From the NCBI GenBank assembly GCA_044869275.1, contig JBIOXB010000180.1, positions 1 to 32,081 on the forward strand: a stretch of 32,081 nucleotides of DNA, written 5' to 3'. The position numbers and the translations under genes are program-made. Below are positions 8,481-17,383 of the stretch, piece by piece; positions within the stretch are counted from its first letter, which is position 1, and the number at the start of each line of letters is the position of its first letter. This DNA is from a bacterium. GTDB taxonomy: Bacteria; Zhuqueibacterota; Zhuqueibacteria; Zhuqueibacterales; Zhuqueibacteraceae. The notes under the pieces were generated by a model that did no database searches, was not told where the DNA came from, and saw only the letters and a list, made by a program, of their open reading frames with translations.

Positions 8481-9866
8481 ATGCCTCACAAAACACGACT
8501 GTGCAGTGCGATGTTGTTTGTTTTGTTCACACAATACCTGTGGGCGCAGGACTGGCCGCAATGGCGTGGCCCGCATCGCGATGGCCATGTGCAGGAATTC
8601 TCCGCGCCGGCCATGTGGCCGGACAGCCTCAAATTGGTTTGGAAAATCGCAGCCGGCGCCGGCCTTGCTTCGCCGCTGGTTTCGGAAGGCAAGATTTATT
8701 TGATCACCCGGGAGGGCGAGGAGGAAACCGTTTCCTGTTATCGCCTCGGCGACGGCAGCAGAATCTGGCAACAGCGTTATACCTCGCCGTTCATTCCAAA
8801 TGCGCAAGCGGTGATTTCGCGTTATTTCCCAGTTTCGCAGGGCAAAGGGCCGTTTGCCACGCCCATCGTCCACGGCGATCGCATTTACGCGCTCGGCGTC
8901 GATCGTGTGCTTTCTAGTTTTGACAAAAACAGCGGCGAATTGAAATGGCGGCAGCACTATTTGAAGCAGGAGGTTCCGGCCCAGCTCGTTTACGAATGCC
9001 AGCCCTGTGGCTGTAGCGAAGACGGCAAAGAATTCCCTCAACCGGGGAAATGCTCGGCCTGCGGCATGACGCTCGGCGTGAAAGGTTTGGAAACTTCCGC
9101 CAGCCTTGATGGGCAAGGAAACTATTACGGCGCTGCCGCTTCACCGGTGATTGAAAACAAAATCGGAATCGTAAACGTCGGCAATTTAAAAGGCGGCGAT
9201 TTGATTGCGTTTGACTTGAAAAGTGGCCAAGAAAAATGGCGCTGGCACGGCCCGGCACCGTCCTCCTCCTCACCAATCACCGCTACTCTGCATGGCGTTC
9301 GCCAGGTGATTGTTTTGACCAGGGAAAACCTCGCCGGCGTAAATGTGAGGGACGGCCAGCAGCTTTGGAGCTTTGCGATTGCATCAGACGCACAGATTGT
9401 TACGCCCATTGTGTTTGAGGACCTGGTGATTTTCTCCGCCTATCGCAGCCCCACCACCGCGGTTCGCGTTCGCAAAGAAGCGAATGGTTGGTCCGCAGAA
9501 AAAGCGTGGGAAACGAATGAGGTGACGCTTTATACGAGCACACCGGTTTTGGTCGGGGATAAAATGTATGGCTTGTCATATGCCAATCGCGGGCAATTCT
9601 TCGCCATGGAAGCGCGCACCGGCAAAGTAATCTGGACGAGTGAAGGCCGCCAGGCACAAGGCGCTGTCATTTTGAGTTGCGGCAATGAAGTACTTGCGCT
9701 CACGGACGAAGCTAAGCTCATCACTATGGCCAGTGATGCTGGCGCCTATCAACCGCATGCGAACCTGCAAGTGGCGGGCAGCCCGACCTGGGCGCATCCC
9801 GTGCTGTGGGATAAAAATATTCTCATCAAGGATGAAACGCATCTCACGCTCTGGCGCGTGGAATGA
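8481..9866 (+). CDS. Secreted PQQ-like (BamB-type) beta-propeller protein with an inserted Cys-rich metal knuckle
   Basis: Signal peptide; AQDWPQWRGPHRDG; repeated ASP/ATP...G..W blades; terminal TWAHPV; insert YECQPCGC...PGKCSACGMTL. Confidence 0.88.
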   Translation: MPHKTRLCSAMLFVLFTQYLWAQDWPQWRGPHRDGHVQEFSAPAMWPDSLKLVWKIAAGAGLASPLVSEGKIYLITREGEEETVSCYRLGDGSRIWQQRYTSPFIPNAQAVISRYFPVSQGKGPFATPIVHGDRIYALGVDRVLSSFDKNSGELKWRQHYLKQEVPAQLVYECQPCGCSEDGKEFPQPGKCSACGMTLGVKGLETSASLDGQGNYYGAAASPVIENKIGIVNVGNLKGGDLIAFDLKSGQEKWRWHGPAPSSSSPITATLHGVRQVIVLTRENLAGVNVRDGQQLWSFAIASDAQIVTPIVFEDLVIFSAYRSPTTAVRVRKEANGWSAEKAWETNEVTLYTSTPVLVGDKMYGLSYANRGQFFAMEARTGKVIWTSEGRQAQGAVILSCGNEVLALTDEAKLITMASDAGAYQPHANLQVAGSPTWAHPVLWDKNILIKDETHLTLWRVE

Positions 9867-9876
9867 ATTGAACGGC

Positions 9877-12246
9877 TCAACGCCGCCTCTGCAAGGTTTT
9901 GCCGTCGCTTTCGAAAACCACGGCGCCATTCAGATCCGTGCGAATGCTGCGAATGCCCAATGCCTCGTATCGTGCCATGACCGACGCATGTGGATGGCCG
10001 AACTTGTTGCGCCTGCCGGCGGAGATGACGGCCCATTGCGGCGTCACGGCTTTCAAAAAGGGCAGCGTACTCGAAGTTTGGCTGCCGTGATGGCCGGCTT
10101 TGAGCAAGTCGCCGTCCAGCAGTTCCGCACGCCGTGTCATGCGCCATTCACTTTGCCATTCTGCATCACCGGCAAAAAGCATGGAGGTCTCCCCCCAAAC
10201 CACTTTCAAAACCACGGAAGCGTCATTGACGTTTTCGACCATGCCGATGCCCTTGCCCCCAGCCGCCAGCACACCAATGCGCGCGGGAGGGAAGGCCTGC
10301 AACATGTCTCCCCAATGCAAAGCGCGGCGAGGCACACGCAAACTATCCAGCAAACGCTCGCATTTTTGTTCCAACCACGAATCGATTTCCGCACCGCAAG
10401 AATAAACCGTATCGATTTTCAACCAGGAAGACAATAGCGCGGGCAAGCCACCGAGATGATCGGCGTGGGGATGCGTGATGACGACCGCGTGTAGACGGCG
10501 AATGCCCTGTTGGGCGAAATACGGCAAAAGCACGCGCTCGCCGGCGTCGGTATACTCGTACCAAGGGCCGGCGTCGATCAGCATGCGCCGGCCTCGCGGA
10601 AATTCCAATAAAATGGCATCGCCTTGATCGACGTCAAAAAACGTCAGGCGCAGCTTGGGCGTCCCCTGCGATGCTTCCCGCCAAATAAAAATATTCAAAA
10701 CCGCAAGCGCAGCGAGCACCAGCCACCGCCGCGCTGGGCGGCGCCATTCGACGAAAACCGCGAGTGCGAGCAGGTAGAAAACCAGCAATAATAACGGGGC
10801 GTGCACGGCTGCGATATAAGCCCCGGGCAGGCCCGCGAGCCAGTGCGTGAAAAGTATCATGCTGTTAACGGCGAAATCGGCGACCGCGCCGTAAACCTGC
10901 AGCAAGAAATCAGACCAGGACGCAACCAGGCAGGCAACGACGCCGGCGGCAACTGCGAGAAACGAAACCGGAATGACGATCAAATTTCCCCAAATCGCAG
11001 TGAGCGGCAGGCGGCCGTAAGCCATGAGGACGAACGGCAGGGTGGCGAATTGTGCCGCAAAGGAAACGGCCAGTAGCGCCACGGCCCAGCGCACTGGTGG
11101 CCAGCGCCAGCGCACCAGACGCGAGAATTGCAGCAACAAAGGCCGGTAGAGATAGGCAATGCCTAACACCGCAACGAAAGAAAGCTGAAAGCCGAGCTGA
11201 AAGAGCTGCCAGGGCTGCCACATCAGAATGAGGACAGCCGCCGCGCCCAGGCTATTGTAAATTTCGGCCTCGCGCTCGAAAACGTCGCCCAGGAGCAGTA
11301 CAATCGCCATAACGGTGGCGCGCACCACCGGCGGCTGCAGGCCGGTCAGCATCGCGTAGAATATCAGACCCAGCATGGCAAGAAAAACCTGCCAGCGTTT
11401 GGGCGCCCGCAGGAGATCGCATAGCACATAGAGTATGAGCGCGACAAATCCGACGTGCAAGCCCGAAACCGAGAGCACGTGAATGAATCCGGTTTGCGCG
11501 AAGCTTTCCATCACTTCGTGATCGATTTCTTCGCGTTGTCCCAGCAGCAAGCCTTGCAGCAAGGCCAGAGACTGGCCGGAGGAAAAGCGCGACAATTGTT
11601 GCGAAATCCAGGCACGCACCCGAGCAAAAGCGCGCGCCAGCGAGAATCCGGAAGGCGCTCCCGAACGCCAAAGCAGGGAATCTTGTGTGCACCAGAACAG
11701 GGTGTGAATTTCCAATGCCTTCAAATAAAGGCGATAATCGAACGCGCCGGGGTTGCGCGCGTCATCGGGCAGCCGCAAGCGGCCTCGCAACAGAATCCTT
11801 TCACCGATTTCCACGTCGCGCAATTTTCTTCCTGCAACCAAAACGTTGCCTTGCACCTCGATCCAGGGCAGATCTCCACGAGAGAGCGCATGCGCAGCCA
11901 GGACAAAGCGCCAGTGCTCCCGGGCTGGACGAGGCGCCTCCTGCACGGTGCCCGACAAAATCACTTCACGATCAGGATCGGCGAAGCGGCTCACGTCATT
12001 TTGAGCCAGAAACTCTTGCACCGTGAGGCGCAGCATCCCTGCACCCATGAATGACAAAAGAATCAAAATTGCAGGTGCAGGACCAGCAGGTTCATCCTGT
12101 CCCGGGTGATGCAGCCAAACGGCGAAAAAAAACGGAAATAGGAAAAATACGACAGGAATGGCAGGATGAAAATGACAGGCATATTGCAGACATTCGCCAC
12201 CACTCACGGCCAATGCCGCAAAAAACATCGGACGCTTCGAGATCAT
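9877..12246 (-). CDS. comEC: DNA internalization competence protein ComEC/Rec2
   Basis: OB-fold RNPGAFDY; HVLSVSGLHVG competence domain; metallo-beta-lactamase FDVDQGDA, THPHADH and GHHGS; start chosen at ATG 12246 with a purine-rich RBS. Confidence 0.95.
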   Translation of the reverse strand: MISKRPMFFAALAVSGGECLQYACHFHPAIPVVFFLFPFFFAVWLHHPGQDEPAGPAPAILILLSFMGAGMLRLTVQEFLAQNDVSRFADPDREVILSGTVQEAPRPAREHWRFVLAAHALSRGDLPWIEVQGNVLVAGRKLRDVEIGERILLRGRLRLPDDARNPGAFDYRLYLKALEIHTLFWCTQDSLLWRSGAPSGFSLARAFARVRAWISQQLSRFSSGQSLALLQGLLLGQREEIDHEVMESFAQTGFIHVLSVSGLHVGFVALILYVLCDLLRAPKRWQVFLAMLGLIFYAMLTGLQPPVVRATVMAIVLLLGDVFEREAEIYNSLGAAAVLILMWQPWQLFQLGFQLSFVAVLGIAYLYRPLLLQFSRLVRWRWPPVRWAVALLAVSFAAQFATLPFVLMAYGRLPLTAIWGNLIVIPVSFLAVAAGVVACLVASWSDFLLQVYGAVADFAVNSMILFTHWLAGLPGAYIAAVHAPLLLLVFYLLALAVFVEWRRPARRWLVLAALAVLNIFIWREASQGTPKLRLTFFDVDQGDAILLEFPRGRRMLIDAGPWYEYTDAGERVLLPYFAQQGIRRLHAVVITHPHADHLGGLPALLSSWLKIDTVYSCGAEIDSWLEQKCERLLDSLRVPRRALHWGDMLQAFPPARIGVLAAGGKGIGMVENVNDASVVLKVVWGETSMLFAGDAEWQSEWRMTRRAELLDGDLLKAGHHGSQTSSTLPFLKAVTPQWAVISAGRRNKFGHPHASVMARYEALGIRSIRTDLNGAVVFESDGKTLQRRR

Positions 12247-12337
12247 CTTTCGCCCCCTTTTCTCTCTCGATCCCCCTGACACGGCAAAAGCAGTTTGTCC
12301 GCGTGCGTTCTTGATGCGCGCGGAAACTCTCAAAATG

Positions 12338-12446
12338 CTAGTACGCTGTTACCATAGTTTTTTAGTCATGGTGAGCGAAGCCGAACCATGCCACCCTTCG
12401 ACTTCGCTCAGGGTGACCTTCAAAAATTAAGGCTACAATGCACTAG
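12338..12446. mobile_element. MITE-like shell (CTAG ends) around a REP-like hairpin pair
   Basis: CTAG at 12338-12341 and 12443-12446; degenerate outer IR; inner gtcatggtgagcgaagccgaa...ttcgacttcgctcagggtgac (12365-12417). Confidence 0.6.
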
Positions 12447-12470
12447 GTTGCGTTTTTCGCGGTCGCCGCC

Positions 12471-12734
12471 TCAATTGAATTGCGCTTGCCAGAGCTTGCG
12501 CAATTCCTCATCTGTCGGATCCGGAAAAATCTCGGAGGCGAGCTTGCGCGCATTGTCCACGGCGGTTCGCAAGGCGGTTTGATAATCTTCCGGCGCGGCC
12601 GTCCAGCCTAGCTGCCGATGCATCATGGCAAAGATCATTTGTGCCGTTGCCGCTGAGAATTGCTCCCGCTGTTCTTTGCGCTGAGCGAGGCGTTCCTGCA
12701 CAAAATGCTTTTGGATGGCACCCTGGTATTCCAT
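12471..12734 (-). CDS. Small helical hypothetical protein (87 aa)
   Basis: GGAGG RBS before ATG 12734; occupies an otherwise empty gap; no recognisable domain. Confidence 0.7.
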   Translation of the reverse strand: MEYQGAIQKHFVQERLAQRKEQREQFSAATAQMIFAMMHRQLGWTAAPEDYQTALRTAVDNARKLASEIFPDPTDEELRKLWQAQFN

Positions 12735-12761
12735 GCTGAACCTCCCACATTTTGAGATCAT

Positions 12762-12777
12762 TGCGACTGCCGTTCCA
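12762..12777 (-). promoter_or_regulatory. Candidate sigma54 (-24/-12) promoter
   Basis: TGGAACG-GCAG-TCGCA versus consensus TGGCACG-N4-TTGCW, with GG-N10-GC spacing; predicted start near 12751, just above the RBS. Confidence 0.5.
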
Positions 12778-12814
12778 GGCGTGACGTTTTGCCAAGCAGG
12801 CGGGGAGTTTCCGC

Positions 12815-12843
12815 TTGCTTGATTTCCGATTTTGCTCTATAAT
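12815..12843 (+). promoter_or_regulatory. Sigma70-type promoter of the M61 peptidase gene
   Basis: TTGCTT-N17-TATAAT. Confidence 0.6.
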
Positions 12844-12888
12844 AAAAGCATTTTAAATTCAAGCGCAAGATTTTTTCAAGGACAAACC

Positions 12889-14733
12889 ATGGCGAAAATT
12901 CTATTTGTTTTAGCGTTCATTGGCGCAGGTATTCTCATGAGCACAACCTCGGTTCTGGCGACTCCCAAAATCACTTATCAGCTCGGCATGTCCCAGCCGC
13001 ACACGCATTTGTTCGAAGTACAGATTACGTTTGAAGATTTGGCGCCCGAGGAAGGATATCTCGATTTGATCCTGCCGGTCTGGCGGCCGGGCCGGTATGT
13101 GATTCTTGATTTCGCCGGAGGCGTGCAAGAGTTTTCGGCGCACGCCGGAAACGCGGCGGCAGATTCCGATCCTTCCCATGCTTTGCGCTGGTGGAAAACG
13201 GATAAAAGCACATGGCGCGTGGATACCGGGGGCCAGCGTGCGGCCAGCGTGAGCTATAAAGTTTATGCAAATGAATTCAACCTGCGCACGCGAGGGCTGA
13301 ATGATCAGCATGGTTTTGTCAACGGCGCGGCGGTATTCATGTACCTCGAAAAATTCCGCCAATCGCCACTGACGCTGCAAGTTCGCCCTTATGGCAATTG
13401 GCACGTCAGCACCGGGCTCGATCGCGTCAAGGGCAAAAGCAATCTCTTTCAAGCGCCCAATTATGATTACCTCGTCGATTGCCCGCTGGAAATCGGCAAT
13501 CAGCAGGATTTCGACTTCGAAGTGCAGGGCAAAAAACACTATCTCAGTATTTTTGGCTCCGGCAATTGGAAAAGCGACAAGCTGGTCGAGCGCCTGCAAA
13601 AAGTGGTGCAAGCCAATTTCGAATTCTGGGGCGAGCTGCCTTACGCGCACTATTACTTTCTGGTGCACAGCATGTCTGGTGCCGGCGGCGGCACCGAGCA
13701 TATCAATTCGACCATCATGGGCATCAATCCTTTCAGCTTCAGCAGTGAAACCGGATATGAGAGTTTTACGAATCTCGCGGTGCACGAATTCTTTCATACC
13801 TGGAATGTCAAACAATTGCGCCCGGCCGACCTGCATCCTTACGATTACACACGCGAGAATTACTCCAAACTGCTGTGGGTGGCGGAAGGGACGACTTCGT
13901 ATTACACGACGATGCTGATGCGGCGTGCGGGCTTTACGCCGGTGAGCAGCTTCCTCAGTCAACTGGCCACGACGGTGCGCAACGATCGCCAGCGCCCGGG
14001 CCGCAAGATTCAATCGCTGGAAGAATCGAGCTTTGACGCGTGGATCAAATTCTGGAAAAACTCGCCCAACGATCAAAATCGCGAGGTGGATTATTACGAC
14101 AAAGGCGCGGCGGTGAGCATGCTGTTGGATTTGGAAATCCGGCAGCGCACACAAAATGGCGCTTCATTGGACGAGGTTATGCGCACGCTCTATCACCGTT
14201 TTCCGCTTTCCGGGCCGGGATATTCTGCCGCAGATTTTGAGCACGTGGTGAATGAAATCGGCAACGGCGAGTATCGCGAATTCTTTGAAAAATACGTGCG
14301 GGGCACGGCCGAACTGGAATTTGTCAAATCCCTGGGCAATGCCGGCTTGGAGGTGCAGGAGACACCAGCACTCGACACCAAACCCTCGCTGGGCATTTCT
14401 GTAAGAGATGATGGCGGCCGCACGGTCATTCAACAAGTCAATAGCGGTACCGCCGGGTATGACGCGGGCCTGAATATCGGCGATGAAATTTTAGCGCTCG
14501 ACGGTTATCGGCTGCGGCCGAATCAACTGCAGCAACGTCTGGGCGATTTCAGGGTGGGCGACAAAATTCAGCTTACGATCTTTCGCCAGGATCAGTTGCG
14601 ACAGCTTGATATTTCGTTGCGGATCGCGGAAACACCCGATTACACGGTCAGGCACACGGCCAATCCTTCGGAATTGCAAAAGCAGATTTATGCGGCGTGG
14701 ACGGGTGCCTCCTGGCCGGAGGCTGCAAAATGA
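12889..14733 (+). CDS. M61 family (glycyl aminopeptidase) metallopeptidase with C-terminal PDZ
   Basis: Signal peptide; LPVWRPGRY; GGGTEH; HEFFHTWNVKQLRP; LWVAEGTTSYY; YYDKG; PDZ AGLNIGDEILALDG. Confidence 0.95.
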   Translation: MAKILFVLAFIGAGILMSTTSVLATPKITYQLGMSQPHTHLFEVQITFEDLAPEEGYLDLILPVWRPGRYVILDFAGGVQEFSAHAGNAAADSDPSHALRWWKTDKSTWRVDTGGQRAASVSYKVYANEFNLRTRGLNDQHGFVNGAAVFMYLEKFRQSPLTLQVRPYGNWHVSTGLDRVKGKSNLFQAPNYDYLVDCPLEIGNQQDFDFEVQGKKHYLSIFGSGNWKSDKLVERLQKVVQANFEFWGELPYAHYYFLVHSMSGAGGGTEHINSTIMGINPFSFSSETGYESFTNLAVHEFFHTWNVKQLRPADLHPYDYTRENYSKLLWVAEGTTSYYTTMLMRRAGFTPVSSFLSQLATTVRNDRQRPGRKIQSLEESSFDAWIKFWKNSPNDQNREVDYYDKGAAVSMLLDLEIRQRTQNGASLDEVMRTLYHRFPLSGPGYSAADFEHVVNEIGNGEYREFFEKYVRGTAELEFVKSLGNAGLEVQETPALDTKPSLGISVRDDGGRTVIQQVNSGTAGYDAGLNIGDEILALDGYRLRPNQLQQRLGDFRVGDKIQLTIFRQDQLRQLDISLRIAETPDYTVRHTANPSELQKQIYAAWTGASWPEAAK

Positions 14734-14814
14734 AAGGCAAAAAAATTGAAATGAACGAAAATTGGGCAACAGATGTTCAGAAAAAGCTTTGCAAGTTCCG
14801 TCGTAAAAAACGCC

Positions 14815-14843
14815 TTGACAATCATCAGGCTTTTGTTTAGAAT
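14815..14843 (+). promoter_or_regulatory. Sigma70 promoter of the aromatic biosynthesis operon
   Basis: TTGACA (14815-14820), 17-bp spacer, TAGAAT (14838-14843). Confidence 0.85.
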
Positions 14844-14871
14844 CCATGCAGTAAAATTGCAAGAGAATCCC

Positions 14872-14976
14872 ATGCCCATGCACAATTTTTCGACCACACG
14901 ATTTTTTTACAATTTTAGCTACTGCTTCTGGCGAAAGTGCAGCCATGGTGGAAACTGTCCAAGCACAAGGCGATGA
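14872..14976 (+). CDS. Attenuator leader peptide rich in Phe/Tyr/Trp
   Basis: MPMHNFSTTRFFYNFSYCFWRKCSHGGNCPSTRR*; 5 Phe, 2 Tyr and 1 Trp within 15 codons; start at 14872 or 14878. Confidence 0.85.
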   Translation: MPMHNFSTTRFFYNFSYCFWRKCSHGGNCPSTRR

Positions 14977-15027
14977 AAACAGCCCCTTTGACCTAGCGCA
15001 GCGACAATCAACCAACCCCACTATGGC
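14942..15027 (+). promoter_or_regulatory. Antiterminator helix
   Basis: GCCAUGGUGG (14942-14951) pairs over 10 bp (one G-U) with CCACUAUGGC (15018-15027), the 5' arm of the terminator. Confidence 0.75.
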
Positions 15028-15052
15028 AGCAGCCAGGTGGGGTTTTTTATTT
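15014..15052 (+). terminator. Intrinsic terminator of the attenuator
   Basis: AACCCCAC (15014-15021) / GTGGGGTT (15037-15044), inner TGGC/GCCA, followed by a T tract. Confidence 0.88.
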
Positions 15053-15068
15053 CATGGAGGCAGAGGTC

Positions 15069-15392
15069 ATGCAAATCGACGACTGGCGTGAACGCATCGA
15101 TGTCGTGGATCTGAAAATTCTGGATCTTTTGAACCAGCGTGCGCGTTACAGCGTGGAAATCGGGAAAATCAAACATCGCCTGAACTTGCCGGTCTACGTG
15201 CCCGAGCGCGAGCGCGCCATTTACGCGAGATTGGAGCAGGCGAATCAAGGGCCGTTAACCGGAGCAGCGGTGCGGCGCCTGTTTGAACGCATCATCGATG
15301 AATCACGCCGCCTGGAAAAGGATAGAAATGAGGAAACAAAAAGCGCAAGCGTTGATTTCGGGGAAGCGGCGGGGCCGGACTCCAAAACCTAG
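15069..15392 (+). CDS. Chorismate mutase (AroQ/type II)
   Basis: WRERIDVVDLKILDLLNQRA...IGKIK...YVPERE...IIDESR; directly upstream of DAHP synthase. Confidence 0.92.
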   Translation: MQIDDWRERIDVVDLKILDLLNQRARYSVEIGKIKHRLNLPVYVPERERAIYARLEQANQGPLTGAAVRRLFERIIDESRRLEKDRNEETKSASVDFGEAAGPDSKT

Positions 15393-15422
15393 CACACGAC
15401 GCAAGCAAAGGAGAACTATACC

Positions 15423-16436
15423 ATGGTGGTCGTCATGAACGAACATGCTTCGGAAGAACAAATTCAGTCGGTCATTTCCCGTTTGGTCGAAATGAGCTTC
15501 GACGTGCACCGCTCCACCGGGGTGAATCAAACCCTGCTGGGCGCGATCGGAGACAAACGCAATATCGACCCGGGCAGCCTCGAGTTGATGGACGGCGTGC
15601 ACGAAGTCTTGCGTATCACCACGCCGTACAAGCTCGCCAGCCGCGCTTTTCATCCGGAAAATACAGTTATCAAAATCCACGATGTCGTCATCGGCGGCGA
15701 AGACATCGCCGTCATGGCCGGTCCTTGTTCCGTGGAAACACCAGGGCAGATTGAGACGATTGCGGCCTTGGTCAAGAAGGCGGGCGCAACAATTCTGCGG
15801 GGCGGCGCTTTCAAACCGCGCTCCTCCCCCTATTCTTTTCAAGGCTTGGGCGAAGATGGGCTCCGCATGCTGCGCCGTGCGGGGGAGAAGGAACAATTGC
15901 TGACGGTTTCCGAGGTCATGGAAGTGGCGCAAGCGCCTGTGGTGGCGGAATATGTGGACATTCTGCAAGTGGGGGCGCGCAATATGCAAAACTTCAGCCT
16001 GTTGCGCGAGCTGGGCAAGCTGCGCAAGCCGGTGCTGCTCAAACGCGGCATGGCGGCGACCATCGAAGAACTGCTGATGGCGGCGGAATATCTCATGGCG
16101 GGTGGCAACTATCAGGTGATTCTCTGCGAGCGCGGCATCCGCACCTTCGAAAACGCCACGCGCAACACGCTTGACATTTCCGCCATCCCGGTGGTGAAAA
16201 AACTCAGCCATCTGCCCATCATCGCGGATCCCAGCCACGGCACGGGCCGGCGCGACAAAGTGGCGCCCATGGCGCGCGCCGCCGTGGCCGCGGGCGCGGA
16301 CGGCTTGATCATCGAAGTGCATCACGATCCGGACAACGCGCTCTCCGACGGCGCGCAATCGCTGCGGCCGGAACAGTTTTCCAGTTTGATGGCAGAGCTG
16401 AGATTGATTGCGCAGGTGATTGGGAAAAAAATCTGA
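15423..16436 (+). CDS. aroF: DAHP synthase, class I-beta with N-terminal regulatory domain
   Basis: [52 protein letters not shown] and SDGAQSL motifs. Confidence 0.96.
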   Translation: MVVVMNEHASEEQIQSVISRLVEMSFDVHRSTGVNQTLLGAIGDKRNIDPGSLELMDGVHEVLRITTPYKLASRAFHPENTVIKIHDVVIGGEDIAVMAGPCSVETPGQIETIAALVKKAGATILRGGAFKPRSSPYSFQGLGEDGLRMLRRAGEKEQLLTVSEVMEVAQAPVVAEYVDILQVGARNMQNFSLLRELGKLRKPVLLKRGMAATIEELLMAAEYLMAGGNYQVILCERGIRTFENATRNTLDISAIPVVKKLSHLPIIADPSHGTGRRDKVAPMARAAVAAGADGLIIEVHHDPDNALSDGAQSLRPEQFSSLMAELRLIAQVIGKKI

Positions 16437-16492
16437 AATAGCACCTCACGAAACCCGCATTGGCCAGCGCGAGCGTGCAGCACAGCAAGTTT

Positions 16493-17326
16493 CTATAGCA
16501 CCGGCGAAAGCATCAATTCATCAAGGGGAATAGATTTTCCTTTTTTCAAAAGCGCTTGATGCACGCGAAACTCGAGCGGCGGCAGCAAACCGATTTGCGC
16601 CATCTCCTCGCCGCGTTGCAGGATTTCTTGGGGAAGGCCGTCCATCACCAACGCACCGCGATGCAAAACCAGCAAGCGCTCGGCGAATAATGTTTCTTCG
16701 GCAAACTGAGTGATCAGTAAAACAGACAGGTGCTCTCTGGCTTCCGCCCTCGCTTGCCGCAAGTGTGCGAGCGTTTCGAACAAACGCACGCGGCTGGGAT
16801 AATCCAGCAGCGAAGTGGGTTCGTCTAAAATCAGATAGCGCGGCTGCATCACCATCACGCCCGCCAAAGCCACGCGCTGTTTTTCACCGCCCGAAAGCTC
16901 GTGCGGCGCGCGCCGGCGCAAGGCGGTGAGCTTGAAGCATTCCAACATTTCATCGACGCGCGCATGCATTTCATCGCGCGGCACGCCCAAATTCTCCAAC
17001 CCAAAAGCGATCTCGCGTTCGACCGTGGGCGCGACCATTTGATTGTCCGGATTCTGAAAAACCATGCCCACGCGCCGGCGAATTTCAATAAGATTATGAG
17101 GGTTTCTCGTGCTCAAGCCATCGACGAGAACTTCACCTGCCGTTGGCGACGAAATGCCATTCAAGCAGCGCGCCAGCGAGGTTTTGCCCGAGCCATTCGC
17201 ACCCATCATGGCAACGAATTCATTGTCTGCGATGGTGAAAGATAAATCAGACAAAACGGAATGCAAAACGGTGGGAGTGGGAAAGGCGAGGGAAAGATGG
17301 CCAACGATGATCATCGCCGATGACAA
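16493..17326 (-). CDS. ECF transporter ATPase (EcfA/CbiO-like)
   Basis: GANGSGKT, VFQNPDNQMV...EIAFGLEN, LSGGEKQR and LILDEPT; start 17326 or 17314. Confidence 0.9.
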   Translation of the reverse strand: MSSAMIIVGHLSLAFPTPTVLHSVLSDLSFTIADNEFVAMMGANGSGKTSLARCLNGISSPTAGEVLVDGLSTRNPHNLIEIRRRVGMVFQNPDNQMVAPTVEREIAFGLENLGVPRDEMHARVDEMLECFKLTALRRRAPHELSGGEKQRVALAGVMVMQPRYLILDEPTSLLDYPSRVRLFETLAHLRQARAEAREHLSVLLITQFAEETLFAERLLVLHRGALVMDGLPQEILQRGEEMAQIGLLPPLEFRVHQALLKKGKSIPLDELMLSPVL

Positions 17327-17383
17327 TAGTCTGGTCGAAAATTTTAGGAATTTGATTCTGGGCTTGGTTCGCCTATGGGCTTG

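Noticed and set aside
8262..9020. Shared CQPC tetrapeptide in the CxxCH protein and the propeller insert
   Set aside because: The flanking sequences are unrelated; likely coincidence.
14850..15052. T-box riboswitch upstream of chorismate mutase
   Set aside because: No AAGGTGGTACC-type T-box sequence or stem I; the leader-peptide model explains the region.
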